Source of the DNA: Camelus ferus
Lineage: Eukaryota
Reading direction: 5' to 3'
Assembly (NCBI RefSeq): GCF_009834535.1
Contig: NC_045697.1
Location: 76,014,001-76,078,000, forward strand
DNA length: 64,000 nucleotides
Positions 14,653-27,954 of this stretch are shown piece by piece. Every line of letters begins with the position of its first letter. Within the stretch, counting starts at the first letter, position 1. Both the position numbers and the translations under genes were made by a program. The notes beneath the pieces are model-generated. The model was not told where the DNA came from and did no database searches. It saw only the letters and a program-made list of their open reading frames with translations.

Positions 14653-15934
14653 GTAGAGTATGGGTAGGTTGCTAAGGGGGTGATTTTCCTTGGAACCTGA
14701 CTTAGTCCAGGTAGAATTCTTCCATAGTAGAAATGATGTGGGAGATGGGTCACTTTTACTGCAGGCCTGTCTGCAGGCTGTAAAGGGCAAGCTGTGCCTA
14801 CAGCAGGAAAATCAGACTCCTAAATTTTGCCCAAGGCCAGCAGTGGATAGCCTGACATCCCAATGGAGCCCACAGCTTCAGCTAAATTGAAAACTCAGAC
14901 TTCCCTCTGGGCCTTGCCTTTTTTCTGTCGGTGAGCAGCTGTGTTTCCATAAATGGTTTTTGTTACCCCATTAGCTTAAGCTTCTGCTGGGCCTCGGGGA
15001 GCCAGAAGCCTGTGTGTCAGGCACGGCCTGATGTCCCACGTACCCCAAACAAAACTAGAGCTTCAGTTTTGGAAGGAACACTGCAGGTGGTTAGGGAAAT
15101 GAGAGACAGAGGCAAAAGCCCATCCGCCCAAGGTAGCGTTAACCAAACTGTTTCTCGGTGGAATGTTGCGTTATGGTTGTTTTGTGTTGTTTTGTTTTTC
15201 AGTAAGAAACATGGCTGAATGGAAAGCATGCCTCTAGCCTTTTTCCCTTTAAGATACCAGTGATTGTAAAATTATCCCAGTTGCTATCACCTGCTTTTGT
15301 TTTGATTATCTTCAATCTCTCCATTTCCTCTTTAGTTCCCATAAAACTTAGGGACTTGGCTTCTGACTTGGCAGATCTTCCTAAAGGGGCAGTTAGTTTT
15401 ATCACAAAGTGGCCATTATAAATTTTTATAAATATATGATCTACTTTTTTGACCATAATCTTAAATATCATTGTGGTTCTTCTCATAGCATACTTTTGCT
15501 TTCTGAAATATTCTCAAGTTTGAACTCATAGCATTGTGTTAACCTGTGAAAATTCAAATTGTTCAAGAATCATCTGGAAAAGTCACCTGTTGCTGTGGAC
15601 CCCAGTAGCCAAAGAGAACAGACTTCCATGTGCCAGTTCCCCTGTCCAGAACTGTGGTGTTGTATTAAGGAGTCTCATTTTTTAACACTCAGTTTTTTTT
15701 GTTTGTTTAGTTTTGTGGTTTTAAAACATCTGGATTAAAAAAAAAATCACATTAATAAGCAGAGGGTATGATTGCACTTTCTTATCAGCTTGTGCTTTGT
15801 TCGTGGCAGCGGGTAGTCATGGGTTAGAAAGGACATCAGTGCGCAGTAAATGAAAAATGAGGTGTGAAATGGAGGTGCAGGAACAAGCAGGGATGGTCTT
15901 TGGCAGCAGAGTCATACTAAGACTTCATGAGGAG

Positions 15935-16165
15935 AGTGTGGTATAGAAAGGTTAAGGCGACTCTGGAGCCAGCCTGCCTGGGTTCAGATCTTGGCTCTGG
16001 CATTTATTAGCTATGTTGCTTTGAGCAAGCACTTAACCTCTCTGTGCCTCCGTGTCCTCTACCTCACATAGAGGTAATATTAGTATTTGTCTCACAGGGT
16101 TATTATGAGAATAAATGAATTAATGTTTGTAAAACACTTCGAACAACACAGTTCATGGCGTATGA
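15935..16165 (+). mobile_element. MIR SINE
   Basis: 'ctggagccagcctgcctgggttcagatcttggctctg...gcaagcacttaacctctctgtgcctc...cagggttattatgagaataaatga' near-complete MIR. Confidence 0.75.
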
Positions 16166-17720
16166 TAAGTACAGAGATAAAATATATTTAGTAAATAAAT
16201 GTGTATGAAAAATGTAAGGTGAACAATTACATAAAATTAAATTGCCCTGTTAAAGGACTGTGTCTCTCTCCATTCCGCCAGCGTTATGAGTGTATCTGTC
16301 TCCGCATCCTCAGCAGCACTGGCTGTTATAATGGGGAAAACCTGCTACCAGTAATCTTACTGGCAACATGCTGTTTCATTCTAATGAATATTTCTTTGAT
16401 TACTAGTGAGTTTAAATATTTTGTGAGTTTCAGCACTTTTTCCTTGTTGAGTTCTATGAACGCTTTTTGTAGATGAAATTGTCTATATAAAAACCCATAT
16501 ATTATAATTGGAGAAAATATTTTTCCTGGACTGCCTTCTGATTTCTAACCTTGTATATGATATGCTTCATATATTTCACTATCCTACCCTATCCCGAATT
16601 TCTACAGTAAACTTTTTGAAGTTAGAAAGCATTTTTGCCCTGGTTGTAAACTCAACATTGTTGTAGTAACATAGTCTTGGTTAAACTGATAAAACTCTTT
16701 TGTGCATCTCTGTACTCCTGGGAGAGGGGGTAGGGGAGGTTTCACCGTGTCCAGAAGGAGCGGAGGTACAGATCCTGCAGCTCCAGCATGCAGCCAGGTC
16801 AGCTGTAGGAGCAGGGCAGGAGGCTGGTCGTCTTTAATTCGGATGTTGATGGAGTGCCTAGTGTGTGTTAGAAATGGACACGAGGCCTGGGGCCAGGGTG
16901 AGGAGTTCTGCCTGCAGGAGGATCACCAGGGAATGTTCAAAGAGGAGCCTCCCCTACTTAGTGGAAATCGGCTTCACAACAAAAGAGAGCAGTAGGTAGA
17001 CTCCAGAGCCCACACCTGGCCTGCAGGAGTGGTGGTTAAGCATTTTAATGAGGTGGGAAATGACGAGAGAGTGTGCAGTACAGGGGTTGTCCAGGGTAGA
17101 GGGCCTTGGGTGGTGAGCTGTGAAAGGCCATTAGTCTGTCCAGACCTGCTTGTTTGTTGCGGCACCTGTTCCCAACTCAACCATCCTGTGCCGCTGCCGG
17201 AGCGTGAGAAACTCCTGAAGCCAGGAAGTAGTGCCTCTGTGAGGATTGTTACTTTTTCTAGACTCCTGAAAGGGGTGTGGGAAAGGAGAGAAGTGGAGGG
17301 CTATATGCACAGCATTTTATGGGTTTCCTGGTTTATCTTCACAACTTGTGAGGTAGAAGTTACTGTACTATTCCCATTTCACAGATGATGAAACTGAGTT
17401 TCTGAGTGACACAGAGTCAGAGACTGTTAGAATTTGAGCCCAGATCTGCCTGTCCTCAAAGCTGTGCTCTTTTTAGTGACTCCTCTGCCTTGCTTGATCT
17501 GCCTTTATTTTGGGACCCATGCAGTGGAGGGTTCTGGGGTACTAGAGTTGCTGGATAAATTGTCATGTAAGATAGAAGTGAGGCTGTGCTGGTACTTTGA
17601 AAATGTAGCGCTAGATAAATGTGGGTAACAACCCAGGGTTAGAAGGAGCGATCTGGTGACTTCACAAAAGATAAAGTTCAGTGAAATTTCACTTGTCTTC
17701 TTTTTGTCTCTCTCCTCTGA

Positions 17721-17873
<153 letters not shown>

Positions 17874-18233
17874 TGAGAAGGGCCAGGCCATGTGGAATAG
17901 GGAAGGGGCTTCTGTTTTCTGACTTTGTGAATCAGTCTGACCCTGGGTCGGGTGCCTTTCCACTGAGTTTCCTGGGCCCCTGGATTCCCTGAGGCCCCTG
18001 AGCTGACTCTAGGATGCCCCATGACAGTCCCAGTCAGAGCAGTCATGTGGCCAACACAGAGGTATATTCTGGATCTCTGGGTATATCCTCTTGCCTAACT
18101 TCCCTACCATACTGCTGGAAAGGTAACTCATGTCTGCTCTGCTTCAAAGACAAACAGATGGAACTGGGTGAAAAGCAAATGTAGTTTTCAGTTACTTCAT
18201 TCACAAATGCTTGCTCCTGAGAATGTCATCTTT

Positions 18234-21200
18234 GTTTTTTATTTTCTTTTTATTGAAGTATAGTTGATCTGCAGTGTTGTGTTAGTTTCTGGTGTACAGC
18301 ATAGTAATTCAGTTATTTATATGTGTGTGTGTGTGTGCGTGTGTATAAAATTCTTTTTTATATTCTTTTTCATTATAGGTTATCACAAGCTATTGAATAC
18401 AGTTCCCTGTGCTATATATAGTAGGACCTTGTTGTTTATCTATTTTATATAAATAGTAGTGTGTATCTGCTAATCCCAAACTCCTAATTTATCCCCCCAC
18501 CCCCTTTCCCCTTTGGTGACCATAAGTTTGTTTTCTATGCCTGTGAGTCTGTTTCTGTTTTATAAATAAGTCCATTTGTATCATTTTTTAGATTCCACAT
18601 ATAAGTGATATCATGTGCTATTTGTCTTTCTCTGATTTACTTAGTATATTAATCTGCAGGTCCATCCATGTTGCTGCAAATGGCATTATTTCATTCTTTT
18701 TATGGCTGAGTAGTATTCCATTGCATATGTTTACTGTATCTTTATCCAGTCATCTGTTGATGGAATTTAGGTTGCTTACATGTCTCGGTAAATAGTGCTC
18801 CTATGAACATGGGGTGCATGTATCTTTTCAAATTGGAGTTTTCACCAGATATATGCCCAGGAGTGGGATTGCTGGATCATATGATAACTATTTTTAGTTT
18901 TTTAAGGAATATCATTACTGTTTTCCATAGTGGTTGCACCAAATTACATTCCCACCAACAGTATAGGAGGGTTCCCTTTTCTCCACACCCTCTCCAGCAT
19001 TTATTGTTTGTGGACTTATTAATGATGGCCATCTTATTAATGATGGCCATGACTTTTTAAGGATGGCCATTCCAACTGGTGTGAGGTGATACCTCATTGT
19101 AGGGTTTTGTTTTGTTTTGTTTTTGAGGTTTAGTTAGTTTACAATGTTGTGTCAATTCCTGGTGTACAACACATTTGTATACATGCATATACATATATTC
19201 ATTTTCAGATTCTTTTTCACTGTAAGCTGCTACAAGATATTGAATATATTTCCCTGTACTATATAGTACAAACTTGTTTATCTGTTTTATATATACCAGT
19301 CAGTATCTGCAAATCTTGAACACCCAGTTTATCCCTTCCCACTCCCCTCCTCCCTGGCAACCACAAGTCTGTATTCTATGTCTGTGAGTCTGTTTCTGTT
19401 TTATATGTAAGTTCATTTGTCTTTTTTTTTTTTTTTTTTTTAGATTCCACATATGAGTGAGCTCATGGTATTTTTCTTTCTCTTTCTGGCTTACTTCGCT
19501 TAGGATCACATTCTCCAGGGCCATCCATGTTGCTGCAAATGGCATTATTTTATCACTTTTTATGGCTGAGTAGTATTCCAATGTATAAATAAACCACAAC
19601 TTATTTATCCAGTCATATTTCGATGGACATTTAGGTTATTTCCTTGTCTTGGCTATTGTAAATAGTGTTGCTATGAACATTGGGGTCCAGGTGTCTCTTT
19701 GAATTAGGGTTTCCTCTGGATATATGCCCAGGAGTAGGATTGTTGGGTCATATGGTAAGTCTGTTTTTAGTTCTTTGAGGAATTTCCATACTGTTTTCCA
19801 CAAAGGCTGCACCAAACCGCATTCCTACCAACAGTGTAGGAGGGTTCCTTTTTCTCCAAACCCTCTCCAGCATTTATCATTTGTGGACTTTTGAATGATG
19901 GCATTCTGACTGGTGTGAGGTGATACCTCATTGTAGTTTTGATTTACATTTCTCTGATCATTAGAGATGTTGAGCATCTTTTCATGTGCCTATTGGCCAT
20001 CTGTATGTCTTCATTGGAGAAATGTCTGTTTAGGTCTTCTCCCCATTTTTTGATTGGATTTTTTGTTGTTGTTGTTGTTACTGAGTTGTAAGAGCTGTTT
20101 ATATTTTCTGGAAATTAAACCTTTGTCAGTTGCATCATTTGCAAATATTTTCTCCCATTACATAGGTTTTCAGTTTGTTTTGCTTATGGTTTCCTTTGCT
20201 GTGCAAAAGCTTATAAGTTTAATTAGGTCCCATTTGTTAATTTTTGCTTTTATTTCCATTGCCTGGGTAGTCTGCCCTAGGAGAACATTGCTAAGATTTA
20301 TGTCAGAAGATGTTTTGCCTATATTTTCTTCTAGGAGGTTTATAGTGTCTTGTCTTATATTTAAGTCTTTAAGCCATTTTGAGTTTATTTTTGAGTATGG
20401 TGTGAGGGAGTGTTCTAACTTTACTGATCTACATGTGGCTGTCCAGTTTTCCCAATACCACTTGACGAAGAGACTCTTTTCTCCATTGTATATTCTTGCC
20501 TCCTTTGTTGAAGGTTAATTGATCATTGATGTATAAGTTTATTTCTGGGCTCTCTATTCTGGTCCATTGATCCATCTGTCTGTTTTTGTGCCAATACCAT
20601 GCTGTTTTGATTACTGTAGTTCTGTGGTATTGTCTGTAAGTCTGGGAGGGTTATGCCTCCAGTTTTGTTCTTCTTCAGTATTACGTAGGCAATTCTGGGC
20701 CTTTTGTGATTCCATACAAATTTTGGATTATTTGTTCTAGTTCTTTGAAAAATGTCCTGGGTAATTTGATAGGGATTGCATTTAATCTGTAGATTACTTT
20801 GGACAGTATGGCCATTTTAACAATATTAATTCTTCCAACCCAAGAGCATGGGATATCTTTCATTTCCTTAAATCATCTTTAGTTTTCTTTATCAGTGTTT
20901 TATAGTTCTCAATGATCACCTCCTTGATCAGGCTTTTTCCTAACTATTTTATGTTTTTTGATGGCAATTTTAAAAGGGATTATTTCTTTACCTTCCTTTT
21001 CTGATATTTCATTGTTTGTGTAAAGAAATGCAACAGATTTCTGTAAATTAATCTTGTATCCTGCTACCTTGCTGAATTCTTTTATCAGTTTTAGTAGTTT
21101 TTGTGTGGAGCCCTTAGGGTTTTCTATGTATAGTAGCATGTCATCGGCATATAATGACATTTTTATTTCTTCGAGTTTGGATCCCTTTTATTTCTTTTCT

Positions 21201-22791
21201 TTGTTTGAGTGCTGTGGCTAGGACTCCCAGTACTGTGTTGAATAGAAGTGGTGAGAGTGGGCCTCCTTGTCTTTTTCCAGATTTTAGCAGGAAGGCTTTC
21301 ACTTTTTCACTATTGAATGTTATGTTGGCTGTGGGTTTGTCAAAAATAGCTTTTGCTATGTTGAGATATGTTCCCTCTGTACCCACTTTGGTAAGAGTTT
21401 TTATCATGAATGGAGGTTGAGTTTTATCAAATGCTTTTTCTGCATCTATTGAGATGATCATGTAGTTTTGGTCCTTTTGTTGATGTGGTGTATCACATTT
21501 GCATATGTTGAACCATCCTTGTGACCCTGGGGTAAATCCAACTTGATCATAGTGTATGATCTTTTTCATGTGTTGTTGGACTCAGTTTGCTAATATTTTG
21601 TTGAGAATTTTTGCGTCTATATTTATCAAAGATACTGGCCTGTGGTTTGGGGTTTTTTTTTTTTTTTGGTAGTGAGTGTCTTTGTCTGGTTTTGGTATCA
21701 GGGTGATGATGGCATCATAGAATGAGTATGGGAGTGTTTCCTCCTCTTCAGCCTTTTGGAAAAGTTTGAGAAGGATCGATATGAGTTCTTCTTTGTATGT
21801 TTGGTAGAATTCCCCACTGAAGCCGTCTGGTCCTGGACTTTTATTTTGTTTTTAAATGGATTCTATTTCACTTCTAGTGATTGGTCTGTTCAAATTACCT
21901 ACTTCTTCTTGATTCAGTTTTGGTGGACTGTGTTTTTAGAAACGTGTCGATTTCTTCTAGGTTGTCCAGTTTGTTGGCATATAATTATTCATATTATTCT
22001 CATTTTTTTTGGTGTATCTTTGGTATCAGTTGTTATTTCTCCTCTTTCATTTCTTGTTTTGTTTGTGTCCTCTCTCTTCTTCTTGGTGAACCTGGCCAGA
22101 GGCTTGTCGATTTTGTTTTACCCTTTCAAAAAACCAGTTCTTGATTTGATTGGTTTTTTCCTGGTATTTTTTAAATCTCTGTTTTACTTAATTCACCTCT
22201 GATCTTTATTTATTTCCTTCTGCTGACTTTAGCTTTTGTTTGTTCTTCTTTTTCTGATTCTTTTAGGTGGTAGGCTAGGTTGTTTATTTGGTATGTTTTT
22301 GTTTTTTGAGGATGGCCTGTATCACTATGAACTTGCTTTTGCTGCATCCCATAGATTTTGTGTGGTTGAGTTTTTATTGTCATGTGTCTTAAGGTATATT
22401 TTAATTTCTTCTTTGATTCCATCTTTTACCCTTTGGTTTTTAGTAACATGTTGTTTAGTCACCATCTAATCATTTTTTTCTTGTTCTCTTTCTGTGGTTG
22501 ATTTCTAGTTTCCTGCCACTGTGGTCAGAAAAGATGCTTGAAATAATTTCTATCTTAAATTTGTTGAGGCTTGTTTTGTGTCTGAGTATGTGATCTATTC
22601 TGGAGAATGTTCCTTGTGCACTCGAAAAGAATGCATACTCTGGGTTTTCTGGATATAATATTCTGAAAATATCAATTAAATCTGACTGTTCTACTGTGTC
22701 ATTTAGGATCCCTGTTGCCTGATTGATTTCCTGTCTGGAAGATCTGTCCATTTATGTGAGTGGGGTGTTAAAATCTCCTCCTATTATTGTA
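18234..22791 (-). mobile_element. 5'-truncated LINE-1 (degenerate ORF2 from the endonuclease GDFNTPL region through RT YADDM to the 3'UTR), antisense in HADH intron 6
   Basis: ORF fragments 22470-22751, 21141-21569, 20909-21160 ([15 protein letters not shown]), 20681-20863 and 19300-19599 are L1 ORF2. TSD TGAGAATGTCATCTTT (18218-18233) / TGAGAATGTCATTTTT (22792-22807) ends at a TTTT/AA endonuclease site. Many stops and frameshifts. Confidence 0.95.
19103..19936 (-). mobile_element. Second L1 3' end nested inside the intron-6 L1
   Basis: A new T-rich tail (GTTTT)n starts at ~19104, followed by a second, diverged copy of the L1 3'UTR and ORF2 C-terminus paralleling 18234-19102. Confidence 0.85.
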
Positions 22792-23933
22792 TGAGAATGT
22801 CATTTTTAAAACAAAACATTTATACCAGCTCTTCCAGAGAGATGAAAGCATATTTGCTTCCTCAAAATCTGCTTTAAATATTAAAACTTTCCTCTGTTTT
22901 ATGGAGGCATTTGCCTCACTTTTGCTCCAAGATCAAACCAACACTTCTGTGTTTATCTATCAACAAATATGCCTAATTACACCTCGAAGACAGCATGAAG
23001 TGTTTTGTCCTACTTTGAAAGTCAGGGATTTTTTTCTTTAATGTAATGTTTTAGAAATAGCATGTGGGTGATTCACCTCTTGATGGTGTTTTTCTCAGTG
23101 AAACATATTGTCACTTTGATATGTTTTCAAATGCACAATGTATCAGTTTGTACGTTGAAAGCCATTTTCTTGTCTTCTGCTTTTCTCCCTCCAGCAGTGG
23201 TCCCTTTCTAAAGACATGGAGTCTCTTTGACCCTGACCATTGCTAGACACCTGGGAGGGGGATCTGACCCGCAGGGGAGTGATCTTAATCTGCCCTTGGT
23301 GCTGCCCTCAGCCCCCTGTCACTCCTCGTTCCTTTGCCCTTTTCCCCACGGTCTTCTCAGGGCCTGTGAGCCAGAGCATCTGCTTCTGCAGGCACTGGGT
23401 GTCACGTCTGGGTGGGGGCTGTTTCCCGGGGAGCCACACTGTGGCCTGGATTCTGGTGTCACCCCTCAGGCTTCTTACCATGTCCCTTCTGCCCCCTCGA
23501 GCTTCTGCCCTCATTCCGCCAGTACAGGGGTGTGCTCACATGCACACCTGCCACCCTGTCTCCACTTGTCTGCTCTGAGATGCATCTGTTCTGCTGTGAA
23601 ACCTGAAGCCATCTTGGATTATCCCTCTCTCGCCTGCTGTGTCTGTTAATTTGTCACTTTTGTGATTCCTCCCTATCACCCCAGTCCCTGCACCAGTTAA
23701 CCTGCCTTTAGTGAGGCTCCCTCTGGCAGCAAAGGAATTGACATTACCTTGTGTCTTTTCCAGACAGGACTCCTCAACTGTCCTGTCGTCCAGGAGGGTG
23801 AGGAGATGGTGCATGCTGTCCTGCCCCGCACAGTTAGGTGTGGGGACCACGGGCCAGCAGCAGATGTGTCATGAGGACACTGGTTAGCTCAGCCTTCTCT
23901 GAACTCACTGGGGAGAACATCTCTGTTCAGCAC

Positions 23934-24289
23934 TGTCTTGGTCAGTTTGGGTTGCTGTAACAAAATAATAGTATAGACTTGGTGGCATATAAGTGACAGA
24001 AATTTATTTTTCACAGCTCTGGAAGCTACAGTCCATCATCAGGGTGCCAGCATGGTCGGGTTCTGGTGCGAGCCTTCTTCTCGTGGCAGACTGACTGCCG
24101 ACTTCTCTTTGTGTCTTCACGGGACGGAGAGCAGAGAGAGGAGACCAGCTTTCTCGTGCCTCTGAGAAGAGCTCTGATCTGGGGGCTCCACCCTTGTGAC
24201 TTGTCTAGTCCTAATTCCTCCCAAAGGCCCCACCTCCTCATATCATCTCATTGGGGGTGGGATTTCCACATGAATTTGGGTCCATGACA
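23934..24289. mobile_element. MLT1A-like MaLR solo LTR
   Basis: TG...CA ends, imperfect 5-bp TSD AGCAC/AACAC, and hallmark 'gttgctgtaacaaaata', 'aaatttattttcacagctctggaagct', 'cctcccaaaggccccacctcc'. Confidence 0.85.
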
Positions 24290-25387
24290 AACACTGTTGA
24301 TACACCTGGGGCGATTGCTCCATGCTGACAGGTTGGCAGGATGCTGCTCTGAGTGGTAGAGGCTCGTCAGAGGGATGTGTGGAGCGTTAGAACAGAGAAC
24401 CAACACCAGCATCGTCCACTCAGGCCTCCTAGGCAGCTGAGCAGCTTCCAGAGTGCGCAGGCCCCCAGTGGTGCTTCTGCCAGCTGTCCGGGGGATACAG
24501 CGGCGTTTGCCATCTGACACCACTGCTCTGCGGTGCTGAGAGCCTCGTGTCTCCTGTGTCAGGCCCCCTTCCCCAGGGTCCTGCAGCTTCTATCCTTCCT
24601 GTTGCTCACATCTTCCCGCCTGTAACCAAGGCCTGATTGGTGGGGTCAATCACCCTCGTCCCTGAGGGTCAGGACTCTCTCCTTTGAGCAGACCTTTGAG
24701 CGGGCTGGCGCCTGGTAGCAGGCAGCTGCCCCCGTCGGACAACACTCAACACAAGTCAGGGTCAGCTCTGGCAGGGTGGTGGTCCCGCATGGGAGTGCCA
24801 CGAGCCTGTGCCCCAGCCCCCATGTGACATCCTGCCACGCTGTCCCTCCCCTGCTCAAGACGTGTAGTGGTTCTGTTGTATCCTGCCAACCACAGTGCCA
24901 TTGCTGGGGAGCCTTCTTCCTCCTCACCCGCCACCCCTCCCATCATCACCGCATACCTTTCTCCTGCCTTTCTCACAAGGTCCCGCCAGAGTGGCCCCAG
25001 TGCTCTAGGCTGGACGTAGCCTGTGTTGTCCTAACTGTGCACTTTGTCTCTCCCTTGGCACACGTGCCACTCTTCTCCCTGCTGCGTGGCATGTGCCTCT
25101 ATTCTCCTCCTGTCCTGTTTTCTGTGGCATATTTGGGTCCTCATCTTTATATGCCACAGAGTGCTCGTATAGGACGGGTGTTAGGTAGCTGCTCCTGAAT
25201 AAAGGAATGGTGGCTGCACTGCGGCTCTGATCCTTGTTGCTGTGACTCTTGTTTGTTTTTAATGCCAAGAATGGTCGGTAGGTGGTGCTGATGAGCCAGC
25301 AAAAGAGGCCTGTTGAGGCAGTTTCCGGGTTCCCAGGCATGCAGAAGAGCTGGGAGTTCACTGAGGACACCTTTCTTTGTTGTCTAG

Positions 25388-25540
25388 AGTTAGGGGTTCT
25401 TAGCTGGGGGGTGGGGGGTGTTGTCCCATGAGCCTCCTAAGTTTGATGCAGAATTTTGGGTCTATGTACATTTTCTCTGGAGAAGGTGTCAGATTCTCAG
25501 TGAAGTGCTTGACTCTAAAGGTTAGGAATTATTGGTCTAA
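25388..25540. mobile_element. hAT-Charlie-type MITE relic
   Basis: 'aggggttcttagctgggg...cagattctcagtgaag...aaaggttaggaattattg'. A related copy in opposite orientation lies at ~62788-62970. Confidence 0.45.
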
Positions 25541-26214
25541 AACATGATATCACATTTAACTCTCACATGGCAGACCCATCTGTATTTTATTTCTGTCTTT
25601 ACTTTTTGCCTCTTTTGCTTTGTATTACTCAGAATAGAATTTTTAGGATTGTGCTGACTTGGTAAAACTGTTCAGATTTTTTTTTTCTATGATATGCTAT
25701 GTCTTCATATAATTTTTTGAAATAAAATAGTCAAGTGATTCTCTGAATTCGGAATGACAGTCTTGACTCTAGGGTTTATTGTCTGTCTTGAATATTGATT
25801 TGATTAAATGGCTTTAGGTAAGTTGGAACCATTATGCTTGAGATTCTGTCCTCAGGGAGCCTATATTCTAATGAAGGGAGACAGCCTGTAGTGAATGAAC
25901 CAACAGATAACATGTTAGCTTGTGACCAGTAATCCCTGAGAAAGATAAATAGTCTAGGGGATGGCAGGAGTCCTAGCCTGGAGTCCAGACAGTTGCTAGT
26001 TCATGTGCAGAGAGGAGGGGAGGCTCTGGGAGGTGACACTGAGTGAAGGTCTACAGGTGCTGAGGACAGGGTGCCGGGCACAGAGCAGCTGTTGCTGAGC
26101 TAGGGGTGCTCGCTGGGTTGTCATCCCAGCACCTTGGCCCCAACACCACAGAAGCCCCGGAGTCTAATGAAGTCCTCTCAGCAGAATCCACTTATCGGCT
26201 CCTGTGTTCTTTCT

Positions 26215-26550
26215 CATTCTTGCCTTTGCACATGCTGTTCCCGCTGCACAGAATGCCCTTCCCTGCCCTCTCTTCCCTTGGGATTCTCTTCAGGACCATC
26301 AGGACCTGGGCCTGGGTGGTGGTTTTGGTTGAGTTATGACAGTGTGAGTAAATCTCTCCATCTTTGCCCACACGGCTGTGTGAATCTTCGTGACTCTTGA
26401 GGACTTGTTCTGATGACATTTTTGGTTTACTCACCTGAATTCTCCTGTTATATCATGAACACTTGAGTGCTTGTCTTGTTTTTGTCTCATTCTGAGTCTG
26501 TGGTGCCTGGTACATAACGGGTATAAATTAAAGTTGAATGAATGAATGAG
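26215..26550 (+). mobile_element. L2 LINE 3' relic
   Basis: 'cctttgcacatgctgttccc...gaatgcccttccc' and terminal 'gtgcctggtacata...gttgaatgaatgaatga'. Confidence 0.55.
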
Positions 26551-27634
26551 GCCACCTGATAAAGCTAATGCGTATGTGATCACTTTTGCTCTCTTATGGC
26601 CTGAAACTCAAATCATGGTTCTCAGGATCCTCTGGCTGACTCACCAGTGGAGTACTGATAGTGTCACCCATAAGGAGTAACTGATTGCTTTCTAATCACC
26701 TTGAACTGTCTTGAATCCTTTGGCATTACTTAGGACTTCGTGTGCTTTTAAAAATAGTCTTTATGGATGTTTCAGTAGTTCTTGTTCCTTGTGCCTGAAA
26801 ATCTGAAATAATAAGTATGAAATCCTCTCAAGTACTTTATCATTTTTTTCCTTTTTTTTTTTTCCAAGCTTTGATGTAATTGACTATTTCTTTATGCTTT
26901 GGAACAAAATTCTAGATAACCGCTTGTTACAGGCTATTCCCATTCCTGATTTTGGAGAATAGGGGACAGGTTGTTCTCTGTAAAAACCTCTGTAGCCCAA
27001 GGACAGTATCTGAAGGATTCCATAAAATTCCAAAGAAAAAGTACACAGGCTCTTGTCTTAGTCTACTCAGCACACTTTCAAACTTGCATGGCCGTTCTAA
27101 GTCAGGTTTGGGCTTTGTTTAAACATCATCTTAACCAAAGGGTTTATGTGCATGTGATTCCAGAGGGAATACTCATTACTTGTAAAACAAAAAAGCTGGA
27201 AAAGAAAAATACACATACAATACACAGAAAATATAAAGCTTAGTTCTTTTCTTTTTTTTTTATAAAAAGGTCTATTTATCCATCAAAAATATGCTGTCGC
27301 TTTAAAGGGTATTTTAATAAATTATTCCAGAGTTGGAGAATCCCGCTCCACTGGAAGTAAGCGGTGTCCCCGGCCGCTGGGGCCTCTCTCCGCGAGCAAG
27401 GCAGCAGCGCTCTGGAATCCACCTCACACAGTCACTTTGTGGGGTAGCTTGGAGAACCTTGTGACCTATTTGGCATGTTCCCCTGAGACAGAATCATATC
27501 CAAGCCAGAAATCCTGACTCCAGATGGTTTTTGAATGTGCAAATATGTAAAACTCTGGTGATTCAGGGACCGACGCGTGACAGGGAGGACCTTGGGAAGG
27601 ACGGTGTGGCTTAGTGCTGCCCTCTTCTCCGCAG

Positions 27635-27751
27635 GTGACGCGTCCAAGGAGGACATCGACACTGCTATGAAGCTGGGCGCTGGCTACCCCATGGGCCCAT
27701 TCGAGCTTCTCGATTACGTTGGGCTGGATACTACGAAGTTCATCATGGACG
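27635..27751 (+). CDS. HADH: HADH exon 7 of the 314-aa form ([39 protein letters not shown])
   Basis: CAG acceptor, ACG|GTAAGG donor, 117 nt. Contains the [16 protein letters not shown] motif. Confidence 0.98.
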
Positions 27752-27954
27752 GTAAGGGTTGGAATTCTCTGTAGTCTGTCTTTAACTGAGTTGAGGTGGT
27801 CTCTCTCAATTATGGATTAAATGATAATGCCTATTTAAAACAAATTATTAAGAGTCTTAGTAGACCTTCCAAAGTGTTGCCCCACCAGCTTAAAGAGTCA
27901 AGTTAACAAATGACAGAAGGAAAAATGTGGCTGCCTGGTCTCACAAAGCAACTT

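Noticed and set aside
20054..22469. Hydrophobic plus-strand ORFs resembling membrane proteins
   Set aside because: They are antisense translations of A-rich L1 ORF2.
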